A stretch of 63,994 nucleotides of DNA, filler included, from Candidatus Hydrogenedentota bacterium (lineage in GTDB: Bacteria; JBFMHD01), in NCBI GenBank assembly GCA_040752395.1. It is 8 parts of 8 records of this genome, joined end to end, with 100 filler letters (N's around TTAATTAATTAA, not from the genome) between each part and the next. Parts side by side here need not be neighbours in the genome. Positions count along the whole stretch, not along the records: positions 1 to 21,102 come from JBFMHD010000016.1; 7 more parts are not named here. The stretch is one strand, 5' to 3'. This document shows positions 1 to 10,496 of the stretch, one piece after another. The translations under genes and the position numbers were made by a program. Under the pieces are notes generated by a model. It ran no database searches. It was not told the DNA's origin and saw only the letters and a program-made list of their open reading frames with translations. Within the stretch, counting starts at the first letter, position 1. Each line of letters starts with the position of its first letter.

Positions 1-67
1 ATGGATAAATGGTGAAGGTTATGAGGGGTTACAAAGTAAGAAGTAAGAGGTGATACGAAACGAGTTT

Positions 68-3000
68 ATGAGTTTTGTGCATTTACACGTTCACAGTCAA
101 TTCAGTTTACTTGATGGTGCTATAAAATTTGAAGAGCTGATGGATAGGTGTCACAGGTTCGGGATGAAAAGCGTGGCTATTACTGACCACGGAAATATGT
201 TCGGAATTATCAAGTTTTATAAGATTGCCATAAATAACGGAATAAAACCAATAATAGGAACAGAAGTTTATTTAACTCCTAAATCAATGGAAGTGAAGCA
301 GGCTACGAAAGATAATAAAGAAAAGCTCTTTCATTTAACTCTTCTTGCTGAAAATATTGAAGGGTATAGAAATCTCTGCAGATTATCATCACTCTCTTAT
401 CTTAGAGGGTTTTATTACAAACCACGTCTGGACAAAGATACTTTAAGAAAATATTCAAAAGGCATAATAGCTCTATCTGGCTGTATGAATGGTGAGATAG
501 CATATTATATATTGCAGGATAAATTAGATATAGCAAAAGCTGTGCTGCTCGAGTATCTCGGGATATTTTCACATAATAATTTCTTTTTAGAAGTTATGAA
601 TCATAATCTTACTGAAGAGAAAAAAGTCTTCAGAGTGATGATGGAATTCCAGAAAGAGTTATCAGTAGAGATGGTGGCAACCAATGATTGCCATTATCTT
701 GAGAAGGATGATGCAAAAGCACATGACGTATTACTTGCGATACAGACTGGTAAAGACGTTAAAGAAGAAGATAGATTAAAGATGCCAAACAATGAATTCT
801 ACTTTAAATCCTGTGAGGAAATGAAAGAGATATTCAAAGATACTCCGTTAGCAATAAGAAATAGTTTAAAAATTGCTGATAGATGTTCAGTTGACTTTAA
901 TACCAAAACTTTTCATATACCAAAATATGATTTAACAGGCACAGGATTTAAACAGAGTAAAGAATATCTAAGAGCGCTGGTCTATGAGGGTCGAGACAAA
1001 AGATATGGGGATAATATTACTGAGGAAATTAATAAAAGAATAGAATATGAATTAAATATCATTTACAGGATGAATTTTGCAGATTATTTTTTAATTGTCT
1101 TTGATTTGATAAAATTTTGTAGAGACAATGGTATAGCTGTTGGACCGGGTCGAGGTTCGGCAGCAGGAAGTATAGTCGCTTATTGCTTATATATTACTGA
1201 TTTAGACCCGCTAAAATATAATCTGCTTTTTGAAAGATTCTTAAACCCTGATAGAATAAGTATGCCTGATATAGATATAGATTTTGAAGATGAACGAAGA
1301 GATGAAGCTACAAAATATCTTATAGAAAAATATGGTGAAGACAGAGTTGTAAAAGTGGCTACTTTTCAGAATTTAAAAGCAAGAAGGGCTATTAAAGAAG
1401 TGGGCCGCGTTATGGGTGTCCCATTTTCTGAGATGAATGAACTGACTAAACTCGTACCTGATGAACTTAATATCACTATTGAGCAGGCAATAAGTCGCGT
1501 CCCGAGATTAAAAGAACTTATAGAGAGTAATGAGATACAAGGCTCAATATTACAGATCGCCCAGAAACTTGAAGGACTGCCAGGATATCCATCAACCCAT
1601 CCCGCTGGTGTCGTTATCGGTGACGATCTGTTATTTGATTTAATACCTCTTTTTAAAGACTCGAAACGGGAAGAAATAACAAGTCAATATGAGAAAGATT
1701 CGCTCGAAGAAATAGGTTTGCTTAAAATGGATATCCTAGGTTTAAAAAATTTAAGCATTATAAAACATACATTAAAGTATATAAAAGAAAAGAGAGATAT
1801 AGATATTAACTGGAACGAGATAGGTTTAGAGGATAAAAAAACCTATGAATTATTATCAAATGGTGAGACCGCTGCCGTATTTCAGCTTGAATCCGATGGT
1901 ATGCGTGAATTATTAATTAGACTTAAACCAGAAACTTTTACAGATATTATAGCACTGATAGCATTATATCGACCAGGACCACTCGGGGGTAATGTGATTG
2001 AAGATTTTGTATTAAGAAAACACGGGAAAAAAGAGATAGAGTATTTTCATCCGTCTTTAGAACCTATTCTTAAAGAAACATACGGTATAATACTTTATCA
2101 AGAACAGGTAATGCAGATAGCAGGTGTTTTAGCAGGATTCAGTATGAGTCAGGCTGATAACTTACGAAAAGCGATGGCAAAAAAAATACCTGATGCTATG
2201 GAAAAATATAGAGATGAATTTACAACCAGAGCACAAAAGAATGGGATCTCAGAAGACGTTGCCTGGAATATATTTAATCTGATGGAGAATTTTGCGTCTT
2301 ATGGTTTTAATAAATCGCATTCTGCTGTCTATGCTGTTATAGCATTTCAAACAGCATATCTTAAGGCACATTATCCTGTAGAATTTATGACGGCTGTATT
2401 GAATAATGAGATAGGAGAGATAGAAAATATTGGTTATTATTTTAAGGAGTGTACAAGGATGGGGATCTCTGTATTAAAACCAGATGTAAATACAAGTGAG
2501 AGTCTCTTTGTAGCAGATAAGAATAAAATAAAATTTGGTTTAATAGCTATTAAAAACATAGGCAGAGGGTTCGGTGTATTAATTGAAGAAGCACGTGGGA
2601 ATAAAATATTTGAGTCTTTAGATGATTTTTTTAACAGAGTAAATCTTCAAGGCGTTAGTAAACGTGTCCTTGAGTCGCTTGTCTTAGCAGGCGCTTTTGA
2701 TTCGTTATACAAGAACAGGAAATCTCTATTTGATAGTTTAGAAGAAAGGCTTGATATAGTTCAAAAAACAAGACAGAGCAAAGATGATACCCAGGCCTCT
2801 ATTTTTGAATCGGCAACCGAGAAACCTACTATAACTTTTCCACCACTAAAAAAGACCGATGACTGGGATGAAATAACAAAACTAAAAAACGAAAAAGAGA
2901 TGCTTGGATTCTATCTCTCGGGACACCCAGTTAATAAATATAAAGAAAAATATTCTAATTTATATTTGAAAAGTATAGATGAGATATACAGGAACGGCAG

Positions 3001-3490
3001 CACAGGTGATTGGGCAGTGGTTTTATTAGAAGAAACAATCAGTAAAAAAGACAGAACTGGCCGTGAGATGGCAATAGTTTCTTTAAGTGACGAGAGTAGC
3101 AAAACAGAAGCACTGGTATTCTCAAGTTTGTATTCCCAAATAAAAAAATTGTTAACCATAAATAATATTTTGTTTTTTAAATTAAAGTATAACAAGGGGG
3201 ATATCTCAAAAAGAATGATTGTTGAAGATTGCATAAATCTTGAAAATATAGAAGATAATATTTCCAGATTAGGAATTAAAACTGATGCTCTCGATGAACA
3301 AACATCGGTCAGAATAAAAGAAGTGATAGAAAACTATAAGGGCAAAATACCTGTGAATATAAAATTTTTAGCCGAAGATAAAAAATATATCACAATAAAA
3401 ACAAACAAGAATGTCTATTATTCACAGGAGATAGTCAATAGATTAAAGAGTATCCTAAAGGATGCAGAAATAAAATGGATATTAATCTGA
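68..3490 (+). CDS. dnaE: DNA polymerase III alpha subunit
   Basis: N-terminal PHP domain (FVHLHVHSQFSLLDG, TDHGNMFG), GPGRGSAAGS, MPDIDIDF, YGFNKSHS. ATG at 68 preferred over GTG at 50. Confidence 0.97.
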   Translation: MSFVHLHVHSQFSLLDGAIKFEELMDRCHRFGMKSVAITDHGNMFGIIKFYKIAINNGIKPIIGTEVYLTPKSMEVKQATKDNKEKLFHLTLLAENIEGYRNLCRLSSLSYLRGFYYKPRLDKDTLRKYSKGIIALSGCMNGEIAYYILQDKLDIAKAVLLEYLGIFSHNNFFLEVMNHNLTEEKKVFRVMMEFQKELSVEMVATNDCHYLEKDDAKAHDVLLAIQTGKDVKEEDRLKMPNNEFYFKSCEEMKEIFKDTPLAIRNSLKIADRCSVDFNTKTFHIPKYDLTGTGFKQSKEYLRALVYEGRDKRYGDNITEEINKRIEYELNIIYRMNFADYFLIVFDLIKFCRDNGIAVGPGRGSAAGSIVAYCLYITDLDPLKYNLLFERFLNPDRISMPDIDIDFEDERRDEATKYLIEKYGEDRVVKVATFQNLKARRAIKEVGRVMGVPFSEMNELTKLVPDELNITIEQAISRVPRLKELIESNEIQGSILQIAQKLEGLPGYPSTHPAGVVIGDDLLFDLIPLFKDSKREEITSQYEKDSLEEIGLLKMDILGLKNLSIIKHTLKYIKEKRDIDINWNEIGLEDKKTYELLSNGETAAVFQLESDGMRELLIRLKPETFTDIIALIALYRPGPLGGNVIEDFVLRKHGKKEIEYFHPSLEPILKETYGIILYQEQVMQIAGVLAGFSMSQADNLRKAMAKKIPDAMEKYRDEFTTRAQKNGISEDVAWNIFNLMENFASYGFNKSHSAVYAVIAFQTAYLKAHYPVEFMTAVLNNEIGEIENIGYYFKECTRMGISVLKPDVNTSESLFVADKNKIKFGLIAIKNIGRGFGVLIEEARGNKIFESLDDFFNRVNLQGVSKRVLESLVLAGAFDSLYKNRKSLFDSLEERLDIVQKTRQSKDDTQASIFESATEKPTITFPPLKKTDDWDEITKLKNEKEMLGFYLSGHPVNKYKEKYSNLYLKSIDEIYRNGSTGDWAVVLLEETISKKDRTGREMAIVSLSDESSKTEALVFSSLYSQIKKLLTINNILFFKLKYNKGDISKRMIVEDCINLENIEDNISRLGIKTDALDEQTSVRIKEVIENYKGKIPVNIKFLAEDKKYITIKTNKNVYYSQEIVNRLKSILKDAEIKWILI

Positions 3491-3510
3491 CTGCCTGTAT
3501 CCATTCAGTC

Positions 3511-3601
3511 AGAACGTGTGAAATAATCATCATTAATACCGGCTAACTCTTTTATTATCACCCCCTGTTTTCTAAAAAAGTCTAATTTTTTCACACGTTC
3601 T
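3511..3601. mobile_element. 91-bp MITE-like element
   Basis: Perfect 13-bp TIRs AGAACGTGTGAAA (3511-3523) and TTTCACACGTTCT (3589-3601), with CAGTC on both flanks. A diverged copy of the left part is at 13209-13265. Confidence 0.65.
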
Positions 3602-3623
3602 CAGTCTTCAGTGGGATTCCGTA

Positions 3624-3673
3624 ATCTTGCTTCTTGCTTCTAAAGTATAAGTTCTACTGCACCAATAACTGAG
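3624..3673 (+). repeat. modular repeat: partial A + K
   Basis: ATCTTGCTTCTTGCTTC followed by TAAGTTCTACTGCACCAATAACTGAG, the same pairing as at 20437-20490. Confidence 0.8.
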
Positions 3674-3766
3674 GCTTTACAATTTTGAAACAGTAACCAA
3701 TCGGTTATAGTTGAAATTAAGAAGCAAGATATTCGGTTGGCTTGGGAAACTCGTGAGGGGATACAG

Positions 3767-5200
3767 TTAAAATATAGTTAAATATGCTGTATATGCTGAA
3801 TTTAGTAGTTTTGTTGGGAGAATACCTAAATATATATTGATAAATAATGAGATTATAATTACCAAAAAGCCGGATAGGGTTAAGAACGGATAGAACATAG
3901 GGACGTCTTCTTCACGCTCTTTATGCATAAACATAAAAACTATAACTCTTAAATAATAATACGCTGCTATGACTGAATTGATAAGCGCGATTATAACAGT
4001 GCAATATAAACTTGATTTTATACCAGCAGAGAAAATAATGAATTTTCCGATGAAGCCCGCAAACGGCGGGATACCGGTTAAAGATAATAAAAATACCGCC
4101 ATCGAGATAGCTAAAAACGGTCTTTTGTAAATAAGACCACGATATGCACCCAAACTACGACCGTATTCTTCATCCTCTGAATTCTCAAGACAACCAACTA
4201 TTGTAAACGCACCAAGATTGGCAAAAGTGTAAAATAATAGATAAAATAACATACCATAGCCACCAAGTATGTTATCGGATATTAAACCGATGAGAATATA
4301 TCCTGAATGAGCTATAGATGAAAAAGCAAGTAAACGCTTAATGTTATTCTGATTTATGGCACTTAGATTTCCAACAGTCATGGTAAAGATAGATATGAAA
4401 CTTAAAAGATATACTATATTTTTATTTGAGATTAATCTGTATGTTAAAAGAGCTAATAAACCATAAGCAGCTGATTTAACACCTGTGCTCATAAATGCCG
4501 TGGTTGGTGTCGGAGCACCATCATAGACATCAGCAGTCCAGAAATGGAATGGAAACGCCGAAATTTTAAAAAGTACACCGAAAATAATTAAAAGGATGCC
4601 TGCTAACTGTAAACCCGAATAAGTCTGAACATTTAAACTATCGATGCTTAATGAACCTGTCCATATATAATTTAGTGATATACCGTACAAAATAAAGCCT
4701 GCAGATATGCTGCCAAGTATAAGATACTTTATACCTGACTCTACACAGCGACTACTCTCTTTTAAATATGCACAAATAATATATATAGGAATAGACATAA
4801 GCTCTATACCTATATAGATATAAAGAAGATTCTTTGAAGAGACTAAAGTCATCATTCCGATTAAACTGAATAGCATACTTGAAGTATATACCCCACTAAA
4901 TTCGCGCATTAGACAGAAATATTGGTTCGCTGATAATAAAGATAAAATACCTGATATAATAAATAGTATCTTTAAATAAGTAGAATAAAATGTTAAATAA
5001 AAGTTATTATTAAAAGCAGGATAAAAATCTATTTTATGAAAAAACTCGCGTAATTGAAACCCAACAAATATTAAGCCCACTAAAGCAATAAAAGTAATGG
5101 GACCCTTCCATTGCCGAAATATAAAAACATCAAGTAATAGAATAATTAATGCTATCGCAAGAATGATAATTTCAGGTCTAATGACAAAAATTTCAGGCAT
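3767..5200 (-). CDS. nuoN: NADH-quinone oxidoreductase subunit N
   Basis: ESGIKYLILGS, FKISAFPFHFWTADVYDGAPTP, KRLLAFSSIAHSGY; operon position. Confidence 0.95.
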   Translation of the reverse strand: MPEIFVIRPEIIILAIALIILLLDVFIFRQWKGPITFIALVGLIFVGFQLREFFHKIDFYPAFNNNFYLTFYSTYLKILFIISGILSLLSANQYFCLMREFSGVYTSSMLFSLIGMMTLVSSKNLLYIYIGIELMSIPIYIICAYLKESSRCVESGIKYLILGSISAGFILYGISLNYIWTGSLSIDSLNVQTYSGLQLAGILLIIFGVLFKISAFPFHFWTADVYDGAPTPTTAFMSTGVKSAAYGLLALLTYRLISNKNIVYLLSFISIFTMTVGNLSAINQNNIKRLLAFSSIAHSGYILIGLISDNILGGYGMLFYLLFYTFANLGAFTIVGCLENSEDEEYGRSLGAYRGLIYKRPFLAISMAVFLLSLTGIPPFAGFIGKFIIFSAGIKSSLYCTVIIALINSVIAAYYYLRVIVFMFMHKEREEDVPMFYPFLTLSGFLVIIISLFINIYLGILPTKLLNSAYTAYLTIF

Positions 5201-5203
5201 AGA

Positions 5204-6655
5204 TTACTTTACATACTCTAAAATAGTCGTTTCAATTAGTTTTATAAAAGGTAAAGGATATAAACCTATAAGAAAAATAAAGGATACCAGAGGTACTAAA
5301 ACTATCCATTCCCTTATACTTAAATCTTTAAGATTTACATTATTACCTGTTGGTCTACCAAATATAACTTTTTGATTAACAAGTAATAGATACATAGCAG
5401 AGACAATAACGCCGAGCGATGCAAGGAAACCAGAAAGAGGATTGTATTTAAATCCGCCAACAAGACATAAGAATTCACCTATAAAACCGTTTGTGCCAGG
5501 TAATGCCATTGAAGCAAGGGTTGTTATAACGAATATACTCGAGTATCGCGGCATAGAAACTGCTAAACCATTAATATCAGCTATTTCTCTTGTATGTCTT
5601 CTCTCATAAATCATACCGACCAGAAGAAAGAGTAACCCGGTATTTATACCATGGTTTATCATCTGAATTATGCTGCCTGTTATACCCTGCAGATTAAATG
5701 AGAATACCCCAAGCATAACAAATCCGAGATGAGATACAGAAGAATACGCAACAAGCCGTTTCACATCGCTCTGTTTCATCGCAACAAGCCCACCAAAAAT
5801 AATCCCGATTATTGATAACCCAAGAATATAAGGCGCAAAATATTGCGATTCTTCCGGGAAAACAGGGATGGCGATCCTTAAAAAACCATAAACACCCATC
5901 TTTAAAAGTATCCCTGCAAGTATTACACTACCTGCTGTCGGAGCCTCTGTATGGGCATCAGGAAGCCAGGTATGAAATGGCCATAACGGAACTTTTATGG
6001 CAAAACCAAATGAGATAAATAAAAAGAATAATTTACCTAAGTGTGAGTGGGTATTGTAAAAATCAGGCAGATATAAAGATAATATACCTGTATGTTTGTA
6101 ATGAATAATATATAATGCGATAAGCCCAAAAAGTAAAAATACACTCCCTGCCATAGTAAATAAAAAGAATTTTATAGCTGCATAGATTCGATTCCCGCTA
6201 CCCCAGATACCAATAAATATAGCCATCGGTATTAACATAAATTCCCAGAATATGTAAAATAACAGAACATCAAGCGAGAGAAAAACACCTAACATAGCTG
6301 TCTCAAGTAAAAGTAATGATATATGAAAACTTTTAACTGATTTTGTTATGGCGCTGGAAGCTAAAACACAAATCGGGGAAAGAAAAACTGTGAGTAATAC
6401 AAGTAAGATACTTATACCATCAATCCCGAGATGATATTTAGCACCAAGATTAGGTATCCACTCTTTTATTTCTACAAGCTGGAACCCAGCAAGACTCGAA
6501 TCAAATAATATAAGTGTTCGTATCCCTGTAAATAAAGTAACAATAGTAAAAGCAAAGGCTATAGCTCTGATATGATACTCTTTTTCTTTTGGTAAAAATA
6601 ATAATACTATACTTCCTATAACAGGTAAAAAAATTAAAAGACTTAATATACCCAT
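5204..6655 (-). CDS. nuoM: NADH-quinone oxidoreductase subunit M
   Basis: LGIDGIS, FAIKVPLWPFHTWLPDAHTEAPTAGSV, LPGTNGFIGEF. Confidence 0.96.
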   Translation of the reverse strand: MGILSLLIFLPVIGSIVLLFLPKEKEYHIRAIAFAFTIVTLFTGIRTLILFDSSLAGFQLVEIKEWIPNLGAKYHLGIDGISILLVLLTVFLSPICVLASSAITKSVKSFHISLLLLETAMLGVFLSLDVLLFYIFWEFMLIPMAIFIGIWGSGNRIYAAIKFFLFTMAGSVFLLFGLIALYIIHYKHTGILSLYLPDFYNTHSHLGKLFFLFISFGFAIKVPLWPFHTWLPDAHTEAPTAGSVILAGILLKMGVYGFLRIAIPVFPEESQYFAPYILGLSIIGIIFGGLVAMKQSDVKRLVAYSSVSHLGFVMLGVFSFNLQGITGSIIQMINHGINTGLLFLLVGMIYERRHTREIADINGLAVSMPRYSSIFVITTLASMALPGTNGFIGEFLCLVGGFKYNPLSGFLASLGVIVSAMYLLLVNQKVIFGRPTGNNVNLKDLSIREWIVLVPLVSFIFLIGLYPLPFIKLIETTILEYVK

Positions 6656-6673
6656 TCTTTTTGCCTCTTGCCT

Positions 6674-8527
6674 CTATAATATAATTACCAATATAATAAT
6701 CATCCCTGCTAATATAAATAATACGTAATGCCTTATATATCCTGTCTGCATAAGGTTTGTTAATAGACCTGTTAACTTAATAACAAGACCAGAGCCATTA
6801 ACAAATAAGCCATCAATTAAAAGGTCATCAATCTTGTTTTTAAACTCCAGCGAGAAACGGTTAACAGGTTTTACAATCAATTCATCATAAAATTCATCAA
6901 CGTAGTACTTATTGAATAAAAGAGTATAAAGTTTTAAGAATTTTTGTTTTATTCGAGAGGAAGAAATAATATTTTTCTGATAGATTAGAAAAGCTGTAAC
7001 AATACCAGCAAGACACACAACTACTGAGAGCAATTCAAGAAGGTGTTTTGTGGAGGATGGTAAAACAAAAGATGGCTCTGGTAGTACGCGTGATAAATAC
7101 TCTGGTATCGGGATATAACCTGCAATGATAGATAAAAGAGCGAGAATAATAAGAGGTATGGTCATTATATAAGGTGATTCATGGGTATGCTGTCTTTTTT
7201 CTCTGTCAAATCGCTCGGTTGTAAAGAATATGAGCATAATCATTCTGAAGATATAGAAAGCTGTGATGTATGCTGTAAAAAGGCCTGATAACCAGAGCAG
7301 ATATTTGCCAGAAGAAAAAGCTGAAATAAGTATCTTATCTTTGGAAAAGAAACCCGAAAGACCGGGAAAACCTGAGATAGCAAGCCCCGCAATAATAAAA
7401 GTCCAGAATGTATAAGGGGTGTATTTACTCAAGTTTCCCATTTTAAAAATATTCAATTCACCACTCAAAGAATGCATTACACTCCCGGCTGCTAAAAATA
7501 GAAGCCCTTTAAAAAAAGCATGGGTTGCAAGATGAAAGATTCCTGCAGAATAAGCACCGATACCACACGCGAAAAACATATAACCAAGCTGGCTTATTGT
7601 AGAATAAGCAAGTATTCGCTTCATATCGGTATTTGTTATGGCTATGGTCGCCGAGAAAAAAGCTGTTAAAACACCGGTAATTGCAACAAGATTCATAGCG
7701 CAGGGAGATAACCCGAAAAGAAAATTGCACCGAGCTACAAGATAAACACCAGCAGTAACCATTGTCGCAGCATGAATAAGCGCACTTACTGGCGTCGGAC
7801 CTTCCATAGCATCGGGTAACCAGATATATAACGGTATCTGAGCTGATTTCCCGATACAACCTAAAAATAAAAGAAAACATATTACAGTGATAATCACGGG
7901 ATTTATATTGTTAACGTGTTGAGATACGGTGATAAAATCAAGTACGCCAAAATTTAAGAAGATTAAAATTATGCCACATAAGAAACCAAAATCACCGATC
8001 CGATTTACTATAAATGCTTTCTTGCCTGCAAAAACAGGGGCTCTCTCCTTGTACCAGAACCCGATTAAAAGATATGAGCATAAACCAACACACTCCCAAC
8101 CAATAAACATCATAAGAAAATTATTGGCAGAAACAAGTAATAACATCGATAAAACAAATAAATTAAGATATATAAAAAATCGCACAAAACCTTCATCTTC
8201 TTTCATATATCCGATTGAATATATATGAACAACTAAAGAGACAGAGGTCACAACAAGAAGCATTACAATACTTAATGGATCAATAAGAAATGAGATTGAG
8301 ATATCTAAATTACCAACTCTAATCCAGGTATATAAATCTTTTGTCCACACCACATTTGACTGGCTATGATGAAAGAACAATATTGTTGATATAAGAAAAG
8401 ATAAAAATATCATTCCTGAGGCGATGTATCCTGCATACTTTTTAAATTTAAAACCAAAAAAAGTATTCCATAGAATACCTGTTAATGGGAAAAGCAATAC
8501 AAGAGCAGGATGAGATAAACACTCCAT
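6674..8527 (-). CDS. nuoL: NADH-quinone oxidoreductase subunit L
   Basis: AFIVNRIGD, GKSAQIPLYIWLPDAMEGPTPVSALIHAATMV, HAFFKGLLFL. Confidence 0.96.
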   Translation of the reverse strand: MECLSHPALVLLFPLTGILWNTFFGFKFKKYAGYIASGMIFLSFLISTILFFHHSQSNVVWTKDLYTWIRVGNLDISISFLIDPLSIVMLLVVTSVSLVVHIYSIGYMKEDEGFVRFFIYLNLFVLSMLLLVSANNFLMMFIGWECVGLCSYLLIGFWYKERAPVFAGKKAFIVNRIGDFGFLCGIILIFLNFGVLDFITVSQHVNNINPVIITVICFLLFLGCIGKSAQIPLYIWLPDAMEGPTPVSALIHAATMVTAGVYLVARCNFLFGLSPCAMNLVAITGVLTAFFSATIAITNTDMKRILAYSTISQLGYMFFACGIGAYSAGIFHLATHAFFKGLLFLAAGSVMHSLSGELNIFKMGNLSKYTPYTFWTFIIAGLAISGFPGLSGFFSKDKILISAFSSGKYLLWLSGLFTAYITAFYIFRMIMLIFFTTERFDREKRQHTHESPYIMTIPLIILALLSIIAGYIPIPEYLSRVLPEPSFVLPSSTKHLLELLSVVVCLAGIVTAFLIYQKNIISSSRIKQKFLKLYTLLFNKYYVDEFYDELIVKPVNRFSLEFKNKIDDLLIDGLFVNGSGLVIKLTGLLTNLMQTGYIRHYVLFILAGMIIILVIIL

Positions 8528-8532
8528 AATGG

Positions 8533-8832
8533 TTATCCTCGTAATAACGAAATAGAATCGATATCAGTTGTGCCGGTTAACCGAGCCCACAGAATAGCAA
8601 GCGATAAACCAAGCGCTGCTTCAGCAGCTGAAATGGCTATAGTAAATAATACTATGATCTCACCATCAATGTTAGATACTAATCTGCTGCCAGCAACGAA
8701 TGAAATGTTACAGGCAGTAAGCATTAACTCTATGGACAGAAGAACAATGATGATATTCCGTCTTGTAAGAATACCGATTAATCCGATACAAAATAGTAAA
8801 AGACTTGTTCCGAAGACACAAACTAGAGACAT
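8533..8832 (-). CDS. nuoK: NADH-quinone oxidoreductase subunit K
   Basis: RRNIIIVLLSIELML, AAEAALGL. Start moved to ATG 8832 (99 aa) because the upstream extension is repeat DNA. Confidence 0.93.
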   Translation of the reverse strand: MSLVCVFGTSLLLFCIGLIGILTRRNIIIVLLSIELMLTACNISFVAGSRLVSNIDGEIIVLFTIAISAAEAALGLSLAILWARLTGTTDIDSISLLRG

Positions 8833-8842
8833 AGGTTGAAGA

Positions 8843-8925
8843 CCCCTCTGAAAAGCTGTAACTTTAGTAATCTTACATAGAAGCAAGAAGCAAGATAAAG
8901 AAACTAAAACCGAAGACCGGGGCGT
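8843..8925 (-). repeat. modular repeat: partial A + C, inside the nuo operon
   Basis: + strand CCCTCTGAAAAGCTGTAACTTTAGTAAT..AGAAGCAAGAAGCAAGATAA, plus CCGAAGACCGGGGCG resembling 52139-52153. Confidence 0.75.
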
Positions 8926-8927
8926 TA

Positions 8928-9431
8928 TCAGTCAGCCTCCTTTCGGGCAATATACAAAGAACCGATTATTGCACAGAGTAAAATTACTGATGCAAGCTCA
9001 AATGGTAAAAGATAATCTTTTAAAAGTAGTCGCGCAATAAGACTGATATCTGATGCTTCTTTAAATTTGATTAAGTTACTGGCACCAGGCAAAAATAAGA
9101 GGATACCAAACTGAGACCAGAATATCGTAATAAATATAAGAACAAGAATAATAGAAAAAGTTTTCTGTAATTTGAGTGGATTCTTTTTATACACTGGTAT
9201 ATCGCCGACAAGAATAAGAGCAAACACAAAGACAACAAGCAAAGCACCAGCATAAACTATTATCTGAATTATCCCTAAATACTCTGCCTGGAGCACAAAA
9301 AAAATACCAGCAGTCCCTAAAAAAATTATTAAAAAAAATATAATACTATTAGCTGGTTTTTTAGCAATAATAGCAAATACTGATGAGATAATAGTAATAA
9401 GTGAAAGAATAAATACGATATAAGCTAACAT
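8928..9431 (-). CDS. nuoJ: NADH-quinone oxidoreductase subunit J
   Basis: AEYLGIIQIIVYAGALLV, YLLPFELASVILL. Confidence 0.93.
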   Translation of the reverse strand: MLAYIVFILSLITIISSVFAIIAKKPANSIIFFLIIFLGTAGIFFVLQAEYLGIIQIIVYAGALLVVFVFALILVGDIPVYKKNPLKLQKTFSIILVLIFITIFWSQFGILLFLPGASNLIKFKEASDISLIARLLLKDYLLPFELASVILLCAIIGSLYIARKEAD

Positions 9432-9436
9432 AACTC

Positions 9437-10453
9437 TTAAAACGCAATAACCAGGATAGCGCTAATCAAAAAATTTGCAAACGCTACTGGTAAAAGAATC
9501 TTCCAGTTGAGATTCATTAACTGGTCAAATCTTACCCGCGGTAAAGTAGCACGAACCCAGATAAAAAGTAATACAAAGATAGAGACTTTTAAACCAAACC
9601 AGAGTGTCCCAGGGATTAAATTGAATGGGAATATATTAAATGGCGGAAGCCAGCCACCTAAAAAAACTACCACAATTAAACAAGAAAATACTAATATATG
9701 TGCATACTCTCCCATGTAAAACATAGCAAACTTCATCGATGAATACTCGGTATGATAACCCGAGACAAGCTCGCTCTCTGCTTCAGGTAAATCAAATGGT
9801 ATCCTGTTGGTTTCAGCAAAACCACAGATAAGAAATATTATGAACCCGATTATCTGAGGAATGATAAGCCAGACTGATGATTTCTGATAATTAACTATCT
9901 CAACAAGACTTAATGATTTAGCAGATAAAGCTACTGTAAGTATAACAACACTTCCTGTGATTTCATAAGATATTAACTGAGAGGTAGCCCGAATGCCACC
10001 TAATAAAGAGTATTTAGAATTAGAAGACCAGCCGGAAAATACAATGCCATATACACCAAGTGATGAGACAGCAATTATAAAAAGTAAAGAAACATTTATG
10101 TTAGCTATATAACCAAGAGAGATTATAGGTTTCCCCAGGCAATCAACTAAAAAATAATCGCCCCAGGGGATTACACAGATACCAAGCAACGCGGCACAAA
10201 CCACGATTACAGGCGATAAAACGAATAAAAGTTTATCAGCTTTTAGCGGGATAACCTCTTCTTTAAAAAGAAGTTTTAAGCCATCTGCTATTGGTTGAAA
10301 TATACCAAAAGGACCGACAACTGATGGCCCGATTCTTCGCTGCATATCTCCTATGAGTTTTCGTTCAACGTACGGTATATAAGCAACCAGACCCATTACT
10401 ACAGAGAAAACAATAACAATTTTAATAAAGATTAAAATAATGGTTAAAATCAT
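9437..10453 (-). CDS. nuoH: NADH-quinone oxidoreductase subunit H
   Basis: ERKLIGDMQRRIGP, QPIADGLKLLFKE, ETNRIPFDLPEAESELVSGYHTEYS. Confidence 0.96.
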   Translation of the reverse strand: MILTIILIFIKIVIVFSVVMGLVAYIPYVERKLIGDMQRRIGPSVVGPFGIFQPIADGLKLLFKEEVIPLKADKLLFVLSPVIVVCAALLGICVIPWGDYFLVDCLGKPIISLGYIANINVSLLFIIAVSSLGVYGIVFSGWSSNSKYSLLGGIRATSQLISYEITGSVVILTVALSAKSLSLVEIVNYQKSSVWLIIPQIIGFIIFLICGFAETNRIPFDLPEAESELVSGYHTEYSSMKFAMFYMGEYAHILVFSCLIVVVFLGGWLPPFNIFPFNLIPGTLWFGLKVSIFVLLFIWVRATLPRVRFDQLMNLNWKILLPVAFANFLISAILVIAF

Positions 10454-10496
10454 TCTTTTTTATCCTGATATTTGACGCCTCTCAAATCCCGGTTTT

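Noticed and set aside
8833-8886. N-terminal extensions given by the ORF track for nuoK, ORF 20446, mntA, nrdJ and radA
   Set aside because: The extensions run through repeat or promoter DNA; downstream ATGs fit family length and RBS position better.
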